A DNA stretch of 64,000 bases, from positions 831 to 64,830 of the forward strand of contig CAJUKB010000006.1 of assembly GCA_910587325.1 (NCBI GenBank), given 5' to 3'. The notes below the pieces were generated by a model. The model did no database searches and was not told where the DNA came from. It saw only the letters and a list, made by a program, of their open reading frames with translations. Shown here piece after piece: positions 10,214 through 21,143 of this stretch (positions are counted from its first letter, which is position 1; every line of letters starts with the position of its first letter). The position numbers and the translations under genes were made by a program. This DNA comes from an uncultured Bacilli bacterium (GTDB lineage Bacteria; Bacillota_I; Bacilli_A; RF39; UBA660).

Positions 10214-11896
10214 TTATCCTTTCTTCTTTTTTCGTGGTTTTACTTCTTTTCTACGAGAGAACGGTGGTTTCTCATATACAAATTCAGTCTTAGGAATAAC
10301 ATTAAATTTATATGTTATTTCTATTTTTCTATCATTATCTATGACTATTTTTTCTATTAACATATCATATATTTCTTTATTTGATTTTTTTAAATCTAAT
10401 AGTTCCTTTATCTTTTTTGTGTAATCTGGAATAACATTTGGTTTATTTTTAATTTGATATTTTTCTATCTGCTTTTGTTGAATAAGTTCATTAATTTTTT
10501 TTAGTTTTTCATCACATTCTTTTGAAAGTTCTTTATACATTTCAGCAGATATAATATCGTTGCATCTATCTTCATAGAGAATGGATAATTTTTTTGTTAT
10601 CTTGTTTTTTTCTGTTTCATATTGAGTTATTACTTTATCAATTTCATTAGTATTTTTATTGATTCTTTTAGCTACTTCATCATTTAATTCCTTAATATTT
10701 AATTTTTTTATATAAACATTAATATCATTATTTATTTTTTCAATCAGTTGTTTTTCTAAATGCTCATAAGGGAAATAATGAGTTCCGCATCTTTGTCTAA
10801 CAGGATCTCTAGAATATCTATTGCAATTAACACTCCAAACATCCGTTTTTTTATGATATTGAACAGATAATCTATTACCACATTCTTTACAAAAAAGCAT
10901 TCCTTCAAACATTCTTATTTCTCTATCTAATTTAGCTTTACATATTCTTGTATGACTTTTTTTAATATTTATACAATATTCAAAAGTTTCTTTATCTACT
11001 AATGCCTCATGTGTATCCTCAACAACTAACCAAAGTCTTTTATCTAGTGTTACTTTTTTCTTGGACTTATAATTAACCTTTGCTTGGGTATGCTGTATCA
11101 TATCTCCTGTATAAATCCTATTATCTAATATTTTCCTTACAGTAGATATATTCCACTTAGTTGCATCAATTAATCTTGATGAATATGCTGTTCCTTTATA
11201 TGCACTAGGTGTTGGCACTCCTTCATCATTTAATCTAGTTGCTATTTCAGAAGGACCGATTCCATCAACTCTCCATTTAAATATTTTTTTTACTATTGGA
11301 GCTGTTTCAGGATTAGGAATGAGATGTCCTTTATCATTAGGATCTCTCATATATCCATAACTTGGTAAACTACCAACAAATTTTCCCTTTTGCCTTTTTT
11401 CATTTAAAACATTTCTTATTTTTATTGAATTTTGTTTACTATAATAATCATTACATGCAATTATGAAAGTTGATGAATCATTACTTGCCTGATTTTTAAA
11501 GCTGTCATAAGATTCTAATATTGAAATAAATCTAATTTGATTTTCAGGAAAAAATGTTTCAATATAATATCCTGTCATAACATGGTCTCTACCTAATCTA
11601 GATAAGTCTTTTACAACAACACAATTTATTTTTTTGTTTTTTATATCTTCCATCATTTTTTGAAAACCAGGTCTGTCAAAATCAGTTCCAGAAAAACCAT
11701 CATCAACATATTCATTTACCAAATTAAAATTATGATTTTTAACATAATCTCTTAATAATTCTTTTTGATTAGCAACACTTTCACTATCAGATTCATATTT
11801 TTTGTCTTTGTCTCTATCTTCCTGAGATAATCTTATATATATCCCTACATTAAATTCAACATCAGTTAAGTAATTATTATTCATCTTTACCTCCAT
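10214..11896 (-). CDS. Large serine recombinase (resolvase catalytic domain + recombinase domain + zinc ribbon + coiled coil)
   Basis: N-terminal VGIYIRLSQEDRD (catalytic Ser) followed by VVVKDLSRLGRD. Central recombinase domain. Cys cluster CKECGNRL...CNRYSRD...CGTHYF. Sits at the element end. Confidence 0.9.
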   Translation of the reverse strand: MEVKMNNNYLTDVEFNVGIYIRLSQEDRDKDKKYESDSESVANQKELLRDYVKNHNFNLVNEYVDDGFSGTDFDRPGFQKMMEDIKNKKINCVVVKDLSRLGRDHVMTGYYIETFFPENQIRFISILESYDSFKNQASNDSSTFIIACNDYYSKQNSIKIRNVLNEKRQKGKFVGSLPSYGYMRDPNDKGHLIPNPETAPIVKKIFKWRVDGIGPSEIATRLNDEGVPTPSAYKGTAYSSRLIDATKWNISTVRKILDNRIYTGDMIQHTQAKVNYKSKKKVTLDKRLWLVVEDTHEALVDKETFEYCINIKKSHTRICKAKLDREIRMFEGMLFCKECGNRLSVQYHKKTDVWSVNCNRYSRDPVRQRCGTHYFPYEHLEKQLIEKINNDINVYIKKLNIKELNDEVAKRINKNTNEIDKVITQYETEKNKITKKLSILYEDRCNDIISAEMYKELSKECDEKLKKINELIQQKQIEKYQIKNKPNVIPDYTKKIKELLDLKKSNKEIYDMLIEKIVIDNDRKIEITYKFNVIPKTEFVYEKPPFSRRKEVKPRKKKKG

Positions 11897-12560
11897 TCCT
11901 AATTACTTGACCAATAATTAAGACAAGTGAATAATAACACTATATTAGAATTTAAACAAAACTGCGACAAAACTTTAACTGGTATTTTTATCACCTAATA
12001 TTTTTTCTATAAGATATCTCAAAATTAAATCTTCAAAAGATATTTTTTTATCATCATTCATATCTTTCACCATTATAAGATTATGCTACAAATACAATAT
12101 TATTTATAGAATATCTATCCTTTCATTAAGTGTTTCTAATCTATTTTTCTAAAGTTGAATCATTCATTTCATCAGACCACGATGCAACTTTGCAACAACA
12201 AAAAAGAAATAACATTACAAATGCTATTCCCAAAATTATTAATACAGATAACATTAATTCACCTTCTCTTCTTTTTTAGATTCGTAATCCATTATTTCTA
12301 ATTTAATATCAAAATCTCCATCTTTAAATAAGGATGATAAACCAGTATGTTTCTCCAATTCAATCATTAATGCATCTTTAATAATAGTTCTGACTCTTTT
12401 ATCTACATCAAATTTATTAGTTCCAGATTGTAAACCTGTACCCTCCAATATTAATTTATATTTTATTTTATATTCCCTCATAATTTAACCACAAAAAAAC
12501 ACATGTGTCCTATGTGTTTGATTTCCTTTCATAATATAAATTTGACTTTTTCCAATTTCA

Positions 12561-13019
12561 TCATATATCTTCTTTAAGGATGGCCATATTAAGTGCTAAA
12601 GCAAATTTAATAATACAACTTTTCTTAATATGTTTTAAAGTCTTATCTGCACATTGAAGTTGTTCTTCCATTATAAGTTCTGTATTTCCCATAAAGAAGA
12701 TTCCCTTAAAAAAGTGTTGTTCTTCCATAGTTAGATTATCTAGAACACTTAGTATTATATTTAAATATTCTAGAAAATCTTCTTCTTTTTCTATCTTCTT
12801 TAAAACATATCTCTCTACTGGTGAAGAGGTAAATCCTGATGATTGTACTTTAATCTCACTAAGATGAGATGTAATACTAGGTGGAAGTACACTAATATAT
12901 CTGAAATAATTTTCTTCAAATACTTCCATAAATTCATTTACCTTCGATCTTGTTTTTTGATAATCATATTTTTTAATTACTTCATTGCTCAATAATTTCA
13001 TAATGCCCTCCATAATCAA
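12561..13019 (-). CDS. Putative small transcriptional regulator (ArpU / sigma-70 region-4-like)
   Basis: 152 aa. Size, position in the ICE regulatory region and helical character are the only support; the family assignment is weak. Confidence 0.3.
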   Translation of the reverse strand: MIMEGIMKLLSNEVIKKYDYQKTRSKVNEFMEVFEENYFRYISVLPPSITSHLSEIKVQSSGFTSSPVERYVLKKIEKEEDFLEYLNIILSVLDNLTMEEQHFFKGIFFMGNTELIMEEQLQCADKTLKHIKKSCIIKFALALNMAILKEDI

Positions 13020-13353
13020 AAAAGAAGAGAATAAAAGCTATTTACTGCAATTACTTCTCTTCTTATAGTTATTTAGATTTAGGGGTGCTTTATCCTTATG
13101 AACATATTCATCCAAAAACATAATGATATGTTTGTTGAAAACAATTTGCACCATAATAATCATCCCCAAACCTCTAAACAAAACCATTAAATTGTTATTT
13201 ATTATATATTTTTTTTGGAAAAAGTCAATAACATTTAATGCAAAATAAAACAATCAGCAGTTCTCTTTTGCTAATTGTTTCATTTTACTATATTTTATCA
13301 TCTTGACTTTATTATTCAAGGGTATTTTTTGGGGTAAATTTGGGGGTACTTTT

Positions 13354-13668
13354 TTAAATTATACTTTTACATCTATTTACTATATTTTCAGGAGTATTAT
13401 TTTTAATAAAATCTACTAACTCTTCATAGTAATTAGTAGCATCTATAACATTTTTATATTTTTCTAATAGTAGTGGACTTGCAATCAAATCTTTATCTTT
13501 TATATATAAATAAACCTCGTAATCATTAGAATCAGTACACTCATTAAGCATTACACCAATGAAACCTTCCATGAAAGTATTTTGTGATGTCTTAAATATC
13601 GTTTTATCTTCTTTGATATTACTAATACAATATTTTTGTAAGTCTTGGATTATTTCTGATATATTCAT
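13354..13668 (-). CDS. Hypothetical protein
   Basis: 104-aa acidic ORF with no recognisable motifs. Confidence 0.3.
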   Translation of the reverse strand: MNISEIIQDLQKYCISNIKEDKTIFKTSQNTFMEGFIGVMLNECTDSNDYEVYLYIKDKDLIASPLLLEKYKNVIDATNYYEELVDFIKNNTPENIVNRCKSII

Positions 13669-13786
13669 TTGAACCTCCCATTAACTAAGTAAATAGTATT
13701 ATAACAAAATAACAATTTTAATCAATCCCAAATACCTAATTATTTCTTCATAATTATATTATAGCTTTTTTTCAAAATTATGTATA

Positions 13787-14494
13787 TTATTTTACATATT
13801 TTAATATACCTTTATTTTTATAATATGAATCTATTAATATTTCATAATGTATTTTCATTTCATTTATTACAAGGTAATATACTTCTAAAGGATTTTTATC
13901 TTTATTTTTTCTTTGAAATTTTTTAAGATTTAAATGAAAATTTTGAAATAAATATAAAGTAGAAAAATTATTAATGTTAGTCCATAAAAGACTTTTTAAA
14001 AATTTCATTACAGATTCTAAATCATCATTATTATCAAGATCTATGCTTTGTAAATTTTTTATAAATGGTCTAAATAAGGTCTTATCATCTATAAAGAGAA
14101 TTGTTTCATAAAAATTATTAACTATTGCTTTGTCCATACTATTAATAAAATATTGCATATTATTATTATCTCCCCAATATTTTTTACATAACAGAAATTC
14201 TGGAATTTGATTTTCAAGAATGAATTCTAGCATTAAATCTTTATGACATATTGTAGGAAATTTTGAATCAAAATAATAAATAAAATTATTTAGCATATCA
14301 ATAAATTGTTCATTTCCTGTTAGGTAACCTTTTTTGACTAAAGAAGTTACAATGGTGGGTGTTCTTTCATCCGTAATTAGATCTATTGCTTTATCCAATA
14401 TATTTTTATTAATTAGTTGATATATTCTTCCACCATTATCTGATTTTTTTAAAGCCAATTTTTTTAATTGATTCTTCCTTACTCTATTTTTCAT
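13787..14494 (-). CDS. Hypothetical protein, divergent from the XRE regulator gene
   Basis: 235 aa. No HExxH or other catalytic motif. Divergent promoter region shared with 14537..15022. Confidence 0.4.
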   Translation of the reverse strand: MKNRVRKNQLKKLALKKSDNGGRIYQLINKNILDKAIDLITDERTPTIVTSLVKKGYLTGNEQFIDMLNNFIYYFDSKFPTICHKDLMLEFILENQIPEFLLCKKYWGDNNNMQYFINSMDKAIVNNFYETILFIDDKTLFRPFIKNLQSIDLDNNDDLESVMKFLKSLLWTNINNFSTLYLFQNFHLNLKKFQRKNKDKNPLEVYYLVINEMKIHYEILIDSYYKNKGILKYVK

Positions 14495-14536
14495 TTAAAT
14501 CACCTGTTGAATATCATTATAGCATAATTTTACCAA

Positions 14537-15022
14537 ATGACCCATAGTTTTGCGAATATTATTCATTTTAATGGGAAAATTATACTGGTGAAAGATATGA
14601 ATGACAACAATTTAAAATTTTGTAGAGAAGAACTAGAAATGACACAATCAGAACTTGGTCTTGTCTTTGGAGTTACTGGATCGACGGTTGCTGGTTGGGA
14701 AAATGCACATGATACTATGCCACTTCCTAAATTAGTAAAGTTCTCTAATTTATACCATTATTCACTTGATTATGTAACAGGACTATCTAGAGATAATAAT
14801 TATTCCAAGATTGATAAAATAGATAAAAAGAAAATAGGTTGTAAATTAAGAAAAATTAGAAATGATTTAGGATTAACTCAACAGGAGATTGCTGATGAAT
14901 GCAAGATATCTCAAACAACATATAGTAATTATGAAACAGGACAATATCTAGTTACTTCATTAGTTCTATATACAATATGTAAAAAGCATAAGTTATCAAT
15001 GGATAAAATATTAACAGATTAA
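14537..15022 (+). CDS. XRE-family transcriptional regulator with two tandem HTH domains
   Basis: Two HTH_XRE units: MTQSELGLVFGVTGSTVAGWENAH and LGLTQQEIADECKISQTTYSNYETGQ. Confidence 0.75.
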   Translation: MTHSFANIIHFNGKIILVKDMNDNNLKFCREELEMTQSELGLVFGVTGSTVAGWENAHDTMPLPKLVKFSNLYHYSLDYVTGLSRDNNYSKIDKIDKKKIGCKLRKIRNDLGLTQQEIADECKISQTTYSNYETGQYLVTSLVLYTICKKHKLSMDKILTD

Positions 15023-15047
15023 AAGAGTGATAAATTTCACTCTTTTT

Positions 15048-18000
15048 TTAATTAGCATATTTTTTGAAATTTTCTGCTTGAGCAAGTACCTCTTCATACA
15101 CAACATCATTTGTTACTGGAGGATATCCAAATTCATCAAGTAAAATAATCAGATCTTGTTGAAGTTCAGCTTTAATATTATCTTTTTTAGACCAATCAGT
15201 ATATTTTGATTTATCTGATACAATTTCTTTAATTTTTTTAGATAATTCAATCATTTTTTCTTGTGGATATTCAAATCCATATTTTACTGAAACAGCAAAT
15301 AAAATATCTAAAAAAGCTTTTTCCTCAAAATCAATTCCTAGTGCTTTAAAACTATTTTTATCTTCTTCAAGGTCTTTCATTAAATTAGTTAGTTCATCTG
15401 AAACTTCTTCTAAAACATTCATAGCAAATTTTTCATCAGCAGATCTGTCATTATAACTATCAATTAAAGTTTGAAGCCTATCCATAAACTCTACACCTTT
15501 TATTTTATTTACTTTCTTATATTCTTCAATAGCTGATTTTAATAATCTTTGCAAAATTTTAATTTTGGTATTTGGCATATTTAATTTATCTAATTTTTTT
15601 AAATAATCTGTACTAAAGATATCTACTTCTCTCACCGTAAATTCTTTTTCTTCTTCAAAAAGTTCTTCTACCCCATCACTAATTAGAGCTTCTTGAATTA
15701 GTTGTCTAACCTTTTGATTCATCAAATCAATATCTGGAGCATCTCCTTTAGTAAGTTTAAAAATTATAGATCTAACAGCACCATAGAAATACATTTTATC
15801 TCTTTCTTCATTAGTTATTTCTTCGTTAGTTCCACAAATATTAAATGCAGATTTGAGATTTTTAGCTCCATACATAAATCTTCTTTCATCTTCTTCATTT
15901 TGTTGAATATATTCTGAAGCTTGATTCAAACAATTTAATCTTTCTACAGGAGTCCCATTAAAGAATTTTGAATTATCAAAATTTCTAAACAATCTATCAA
16001 TAATATCCATCTGATCTCTAAAAACTTTTATTGCTTCTTCTAATCCCTCAAATACAGATGAGTCTTCAGAATTAAATTTCTTTAATGCTAATTGCATTCT
16101 ATTTTTAATACCAATATAATCAACAATTAATCCTTTATCTTTTCCTGGATATTTTCTATTAACTCTAGAAATTGTTTGAATTAGTGTATGGTCTTGTAAT
16201 GGTTTATCAATATACATAGTATCAAGACTTGGAACATCAAAACCTGTAACCCACATATCAACAACAATAGCAATTTTGAAGTTGGATTTTTCATTTTTAA
16301 ATTGTTTATCAAGTTTTTTTCTATATGCTTTATTACCTAATAATTCATGAAGTTCTGGAACATCATTACTGTCCTCGGTCATAACCATATTAATTTTCGG
16401 AATTTCAAACAATTCATCTTGTTCTTTTTTGCTTAATTCATCAAAATTTTCTGCTTTCTTTGGAGTAGCCCAATCTGGTCTTAATTCTATTATAATTTTA
16501 TATAAATCATAAGCAATAAATCTATTCATGCAAACAATCATTGCTTTTCCGTTTACAGTAGCATTTTCAAATACCCTTTTTTCATAATGATTTATTATGT
16601 CCTCAGCAACTCTATGTAATACATCATGATCACCAACAATAACACTTAAATGAGTTGAAGCTTTTTTACTTTCTTCTATTTGATATTCATTTGCTCCTTC
16701 TTCAACACATAAATTATAATATTTTTCTACTTCTTTAATCTTTTCATCATCAAGAAGAACTTTAGCTGATCTTCCTTCATAAGTTATATTTACAGTAATT
16801 TCGTCTTTAACTGAATCTTTCATCGTGTATGCATCAACTATTTCTCCAAACACTTCCATTGTTGCATCTATAGGAGTACCAGAAAATCCAACATAGGTTG
16901 CATTTGGTAAAGAATCATGAAGATACTTTGCAAAACCATATTTCACCTTTACATCAATATCTGTAATTTTATAATTCTTATCAATATTGGTTTGACTTCT
17001 ATGAGCTTCATCTGAGATACAAACAATATTATTTCTATCACTTAATAGGTTAAAGTCTTCAGAGAATTTTTGAATTGTTGTCAAATATACTCCTCCACTT
17101 TCAGTTTCAGACAATATTCTTTTTAGTTCATCTCTTGTTTCAACTTTTTTAATAGTATTATCACCAATAAAATTTTTTGCATTTTCAAAAGTCTTAGCTA
17201 ATTGATCATCAAGATCTGTTCTATCAGTAATTAATATGATTGTCGGATTTTTTAAATCAATATCTTTCATTAAAAGTCTAGATAGATATAACATGGTATA
17301 ACTTTTACCAGATCCAGTTGCACCAAAATATGTTCCACCTTTCCCAGTTCCAATAGGTTTCATATTACTCTTTATACTTTCCAATAGACTTGTAGATGCA
17401 TAATATTGAGGATATCTACATACTATTTTCTCTTCATTTTGGGAATTGTCAGGAAAATATATAAAATTTCTTATTACATTTAATAATCTTTCTTTATTAA
17501 ACAATCCTAGAACCAATGTATGTAACGAATCTATTCCATCAGTCTCTTTAGATTTTTCATTAATTCTTCTCCACGCATAAAAATATTCATAATCTGAAAA
17601 GATAGAACCAATTTTATTATTTACACCATCACTTATAACACAAAAAGCATTATACTTAAAGATTGTTGGTATATCTCTTTTATATCTAATTGTCAATTGT
17701 TCGTAAGCATCATGAATTGTAGTATTTTCTTTAACAGCACTTTTAAATTCAAAAATAACAAGAGGAAGACCATTAATATAGATTATTCCATCTGGTATTC
17801 TTAAATGGTTCTCTTCAAATTCTAATTGATTAACTACTTTAAAATTGTTTTTATCAATTTCATTTTTAGAATAATTAATTAAATTAATATGTATATCCTT
17901 ATCATTGGGATTTTCTCTTTTAAAATCAAATCCATCAGATAAAATTTTTATGAATTTTTTATTTGCTTCATATATTGGATATTTTTCTAATGATTTAATA

Positions 18001-18194
18001 TCTTTAATAATAAAATTTGCTTCATTCATTGAAATATTATAATTTAATAATAAAAATTTTTTTAAATCTTCCTCTAAGATAAATTCGTTTTTTTCTTTAT
18101 GAAGTTCATCACCAACAAAATGATTATAACCATTAGCAGTTAATAAATCCATTATTGCCGATTCAAGAGTGGCTTCACTAAAACTACTTTTCAT
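15048..18194 (-). CDS. hsdR: Type I restriction enzyme, R subunit
   Basis: 1048 aa. Walker A GATGSGKSYTM, DEAH-box ISDEAHRS, helicase C-terminal domain, N-terminal HSDR_N-type nuclease region. Downstream of hsdM-hsdS. Confidence 0.9.
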   Translation of the reverse strand: MKSSFSEATLESAIMDLLTANGYNHFVGDELHKEKNEFILEEDLKKFLLLNYNISMNEANFIIKDIKSLEKYPIYEANKKFIKILSDGFDFKRENPNDKDIHINLINYSKNEIDKNNFKVVNQLEFEENHLRIPDGIIYINGLPLVIFEFKSAVKENTTIHDAYEQLTIRYKRDIPTIFKYNAFCVISDGVNNKIGSIFSDYEYFYAWRRINEKSKETDGIDSLHTLVLGLFNKERLLNVIRNFIYFPDNSQNEEKIVCRYPQYYASTSLLESIKSNMKPIGTGKGGTYFGATGSGKSYTMLYLSRLLMKDIDLKNPTIILITDRTDLDDQLAKTFENAKNFIGDNTIKKVETRDELKRILSETESGGVYLTTIQKFSEDFNLLSDRNNIVCISDEAHRSQTNIDKNYKITDIDVKVKYGFAKYLHDSLPNATYVGFSGTPIDATMEVFGEIVDAYTMKDSVKDEITVNITYEGRSAKVLLDDEKIKEVEKYYNLCVEEGANEYQIEESKKASTHLSVIVGDHDVLHRVAEDIINHYEKRVFENATVNGKAMIVCMNRFIAYDLYKIIIELRPDWATPKKAENFDELSKKEQDELFEIPKINMVMTEDSNDVPELHELLGNKAYRKKLDKQFKNEKSNFKIAIVVDMWVTGFDVPSLDTMYIDKPLQDHTLIQTISRVNRKYPGKDKGLIVDYIGIKNRMQLALKKFNSEDSSVFEGLEEAIKVFRDQMDIIDRLFRNFDNSKFFNGTPVERLNCLNQASEYIQQNEEDERRFMYGAKNLKSAFNICGTNEEITNEERDKMYFYGAVRSIIFKLTKGDAPDIDLMNQKVRQLIQEALISDGVEELFEEEKEFTVREVDIFSTDYLKKLDKLNMPNTKIKILQRLLKSAIEEYKKVNKIKGVEFMDRLQTLIDSYNDRSADEKFAMNVLEEVSDELTNLMKDLEEDKNSFKALGIDFEEKAFLDILFAVSVKYGFEYPQEKMIELSKKIKEIVSDKSKYTDWSKKDNIKAELQQDLIILLDEFGYPPVTNDVVYEEVLAQAENFKKYAN

Positions 18195-19321
18195 TACATC
18201 ATCTCCTTAGTAATTTTTAACAAAAAAATTCTTTTTAGATTTTCCAATATCATATTTTCTCTTTCAAGACTAGAAATTAATTCAAAAAATGTTTCTATTT
18301 TATTATTAAACTTTTCCAAATCTTCTTGTGTAGGTATAAGAAATGGCATATTTTTAATTATCGTAGAATTATATGCCGTTGCTATTGAGGATGTACTACC
18401 AAGTTTATTAAAATCAAAGTATTTTAAATAGCAATATGTATAATATTTATATTCTTTATTAGATGTATTAAAATGTGCAATTGCTTCATTAGTAGCCATA
18501 TCAGTTTTTAATATTCCTACTCTACCTACTGATAGTTTAAAGCTCATTATTACCGTATCTTTAGATATCTTCTTTACCCTATAATTTTCTTGTGCATAAT
18601 TTGTTAATTTTTCCCTAGTATCATATAAATGTATTTTATCTTTCATATCAGCTATTGAAACCCATGGTAAATCTAATTCATTTTCAGAGAAAGCATTATA
18701 ATCTTCACGATCTGGTGTACCACCAATACTTATATCAAATATATTCTTAACTTTATCCACAGTTCCATTTTTACCAAACAATGGTACAAATTTCAAAAAA
18801 ATATTTTTTATTTGTTCTGAAATATTATTAATCATTCTAACATTACTTTCAATCACACTTAGTATTTGTGTATATTGCTCTACTGTTTTATTTTGAATTT
18901 CAATTGAAGGGGGATTAAATTCTATATTACATAAGTCTTCCCATCCTATGCTACCTCTAACACTACTATCCGTCTTGAACCATAAATAATGATCCAAATC
19001 TTTTCTTCTGAACCAAAGCATTAAATAATTTGGATTAAGATGTTGTTCACTTTTTACCTTAAATAACATATATGCAGGTGAAATTATTGATGGTTCATCA
19101 TCTTGGTATAAACAAATCGGTAAAACTTTATCTCTTCCAACATGCATTGGATTACATGCAAAATAATTTTTTCTTAATAGCTTATACTTGCTTAAATCCG
19201 TTCCAACTATATTAGCCACTGATGATATAAATTCTTTATACTTATTTATTCCCAATAGATTAGAATATAAATTGTCTGTATTTTTTTCAGAAACTTTTTC
19301 TATAAAATTACCTAATTTCAT
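18194..19321 (-). CDS. hsdS: Type I R-M specificity subunit, two target-recognition domains
   Basis: 375 aa between hsdM and hsdR with overlapping start and stop. Bipartite repeat organisation typical of HsdS. Confidence 0.8.
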   Translation of the reverse strand: MKLGNFIEKVSEKNTDNLYSNLLGINKYKEFISSVANIVGTDLSKYKLLRKNYFACNPMHVGRDKVLPICLYQDDEPSIISPAYMLFKVKSEQHLNPNYLMLWFRRKDLDHYLWFKTDSSVRGSIGWEDLCNIEFNPPSIEIQNKTVEQYTQILSVIESNVRMINNISEQIKNIFLKFVPLFGKNGTVDKVKNIFDISIGGTPDREDYNAFSENELDLPWVSIADMKDKIHLYDTREKLTNYAQENYRVKKISKDTVIMSFKLSVGRVGILKTDMATNEAIAHFNTSNKEYKYYTYCYLKYFDFNKLGSTSSIATAYNSTIIKNMPFLIPTQEDLEKFNNKIETFFELISSLERENMILENLKRIFLLKITKEMM

Positions 19322-20885
19322 TTTCTATATCCTCTATAATACTTTGAAGTTTATTTTTTAAATCAGTATTTATATTCCATTCCTTTTGCAATTCGTCATT
19401 AATAGTTAATATCTCTTTATCAATCTCAACCTCAATTTCTGGATTTTTATATTTAATGTATGTACTAGGAACAAGTAAATAATTATTTTTTACTATCTCA
19501 TCAGAACTAGCAGAATAGCATAATTCATCAATATTACTATAGTTTTCTTTATTAGTTAACCAAGTATGATAAATAGATGATATTTCATTAATATCTTTTT
19601 TAGTAAATTCTAAATATTTTTTTTCATAAGGTGAGCCATAATTTCTTAAATCCATAAATAAAGTTTCTTTTTCATGATTTCTTACTTTGACTTCTTGACC
19701 ATTTATTTCTTTAATTCTTTCCCTTTTGCTATTTGTTACAATCCATAAACATACACTAATATCTGTTGTATAAAACAGATTCATAGGTAATATACAAATG
19801 GCTTCTACTAGATCGTTTTCTATAAGTTTTTTTCTAATACTATATTCTACTCCATCTCCAGATAAGGAACCATTAGATAATAAGAATCCTGCTGTCCCAT
19901 TACTACTCAATTTTGAAATTATATTTAATATCCAACCATAATTTGCATTTCCAGTAGGAGGAGTATCATATCCACTCCATCTTTCATCATCGGTTAACTC
20001 ATCTTCTTTCCTCCATTTTTTTTGATTAAATGGAGGATTAGCCATTACAAAATCAGCTTTTAAATCTTTATGTTGATCTTTAAAAAATGTATCTGCTTCA
20101 GATTCTCCTAAATCAGCTGAAATACCTCTTATTGCTAAATTCATCTTTGCTAATTTATATGTAGTACGGATGTTTTCTTGCCCATAAATTGATATATCAT
20201 TTCTATTACCATTATGACTTTCAACAAATTTAACAGATTGAACAAACATACCACCAGAACCACATGCAGGATCATAAATTTTTCCTTTATATGGTTGAAT
20301 CATTTCTGCAATTAAATTTACAACACTTTTTGGAGTATAAAATTCTCCTTTACCTTTACCTTCAGCTAATGCAAATTTTTTTAAAAAGAATTCGTAAACT
20401 CTACCTATGATATCATTTTCTTTATCTTTTAAAGTATTTATTTTATTTATTTCATCCAATAATGAAGCAAGTTTGGCTTTATCTAAATTCAATCTAGAAT
20501 AATAGTTATCAGGTAATGCTCCTTTTAATGATTTGTTGTTTTTCTCTATTTCGGATAATGCAGTATCAATTTTAATAGCAATGTCATCTTGCTTAGCATT
20601 TTCCATTATATAACTCCATCTGGATTTCTTTGGTAAATAAAATACATTTTTGCTCATATAAAATGATGGTTGATCCACAAATTTCTCATGTCCTTCTTCT
20701 ATAATTTCCTTTCTTCTTTCTTCAAATTTATCACCAACAAATTTCAAAAAAATTAAAGATAAAACAACATGCTTATATTCAGCTGGTTCAACAGAACCTC
20801 TTAACTCATCACAACTATCCCATAATGTATCTTCAAAACTTTTTTCTTTTTTTGCCATAATAACCCACTCCAATCGTAAAGACAT
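19308..20885 (-). CDS. hsdM: Type I R-M N6-adenine DNA methyltransferase
   Basis: HsdM N-terminal domain. SAM motif DPACGSGGMF. Catalytic motif IV VMANPPFN. Confidence 0.9.
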   Translation of the reverse strand: MSLRLEWVIMAKKEKSFEDTLWDSCDELRGSVEPAEYKHVVLSLIFLKFVGDKFEERRKEIIEEGHEKFVDQPSFYMSKNVFYLPKKSRWSYIMENAKQDDIAIKIDTALSEIEKNNKSLKGALPDNYYSRLNLDKAKLASLLDEINKINTLKDKENDIIGRVYEFFLKKFALAEGKGKGEFYTPKSVVNLIAEMIQPYKGKIYDPACGSGGMFVQSVKFVESHNGNRNDISIYGQENIRTTYKLAKMNLAIRGISADLGESEADTFFKDQHKDLKADFVMANPPFNQKKWRKEDELTDDERWSGYDTPPTGNANYGWILNIISKLSSNGTAGFLLSNGSLSGDGVEYSIRKKLIENDLVEAICILPMNLFYTTDISVCLWIVTNSKRERIKEINGQEVKVRNHEKETLFMDLRNYGSPYEKKYLEFTKKDINEISSIYHTWLTNKENYSNIDELCYSASSDEIVKNNYLLVPSTYIKYKNPEIEVEIDKEILTINDELQKEWNINTDLKNKLQSIIEDIENEIR

Positions 20886-21143
20886 ATTTCTAAGTAATTA
20901 TAGCATAAATTGTCAATTTACACTATATCTACATTGAAATTTCAATATAAAAAGAGTATTTTTTAAATACCCTTCTTAAAGTTTTAATTCCATCCAAATT
21001 TATAAATAAGATATCCAACTATCAAACCACTTGCTACTGCAACCAGCACCTCTAAAAATATTTTCAATTTTTTATTTTCTTCTTGCTTTTGAGTATTATT
21101 GTTACCTATTGTTGAATTCTTTATTTTATTATTATTCCCTATA

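Noticed and set aside
10133-10424. Two plus-strand ORFs (75 and 76 aa) spanning the ICE left junction
   Set aside because: They overlap the 3' end of the serine recombinase gene and the att region. The sequences are hydrophobic junk. A read-through artefact.
13038-13253. 71-aa minus-strand ORF
   Set aside because: No RBS. Low-complexity translation in an AT-rich intergenic stretch.
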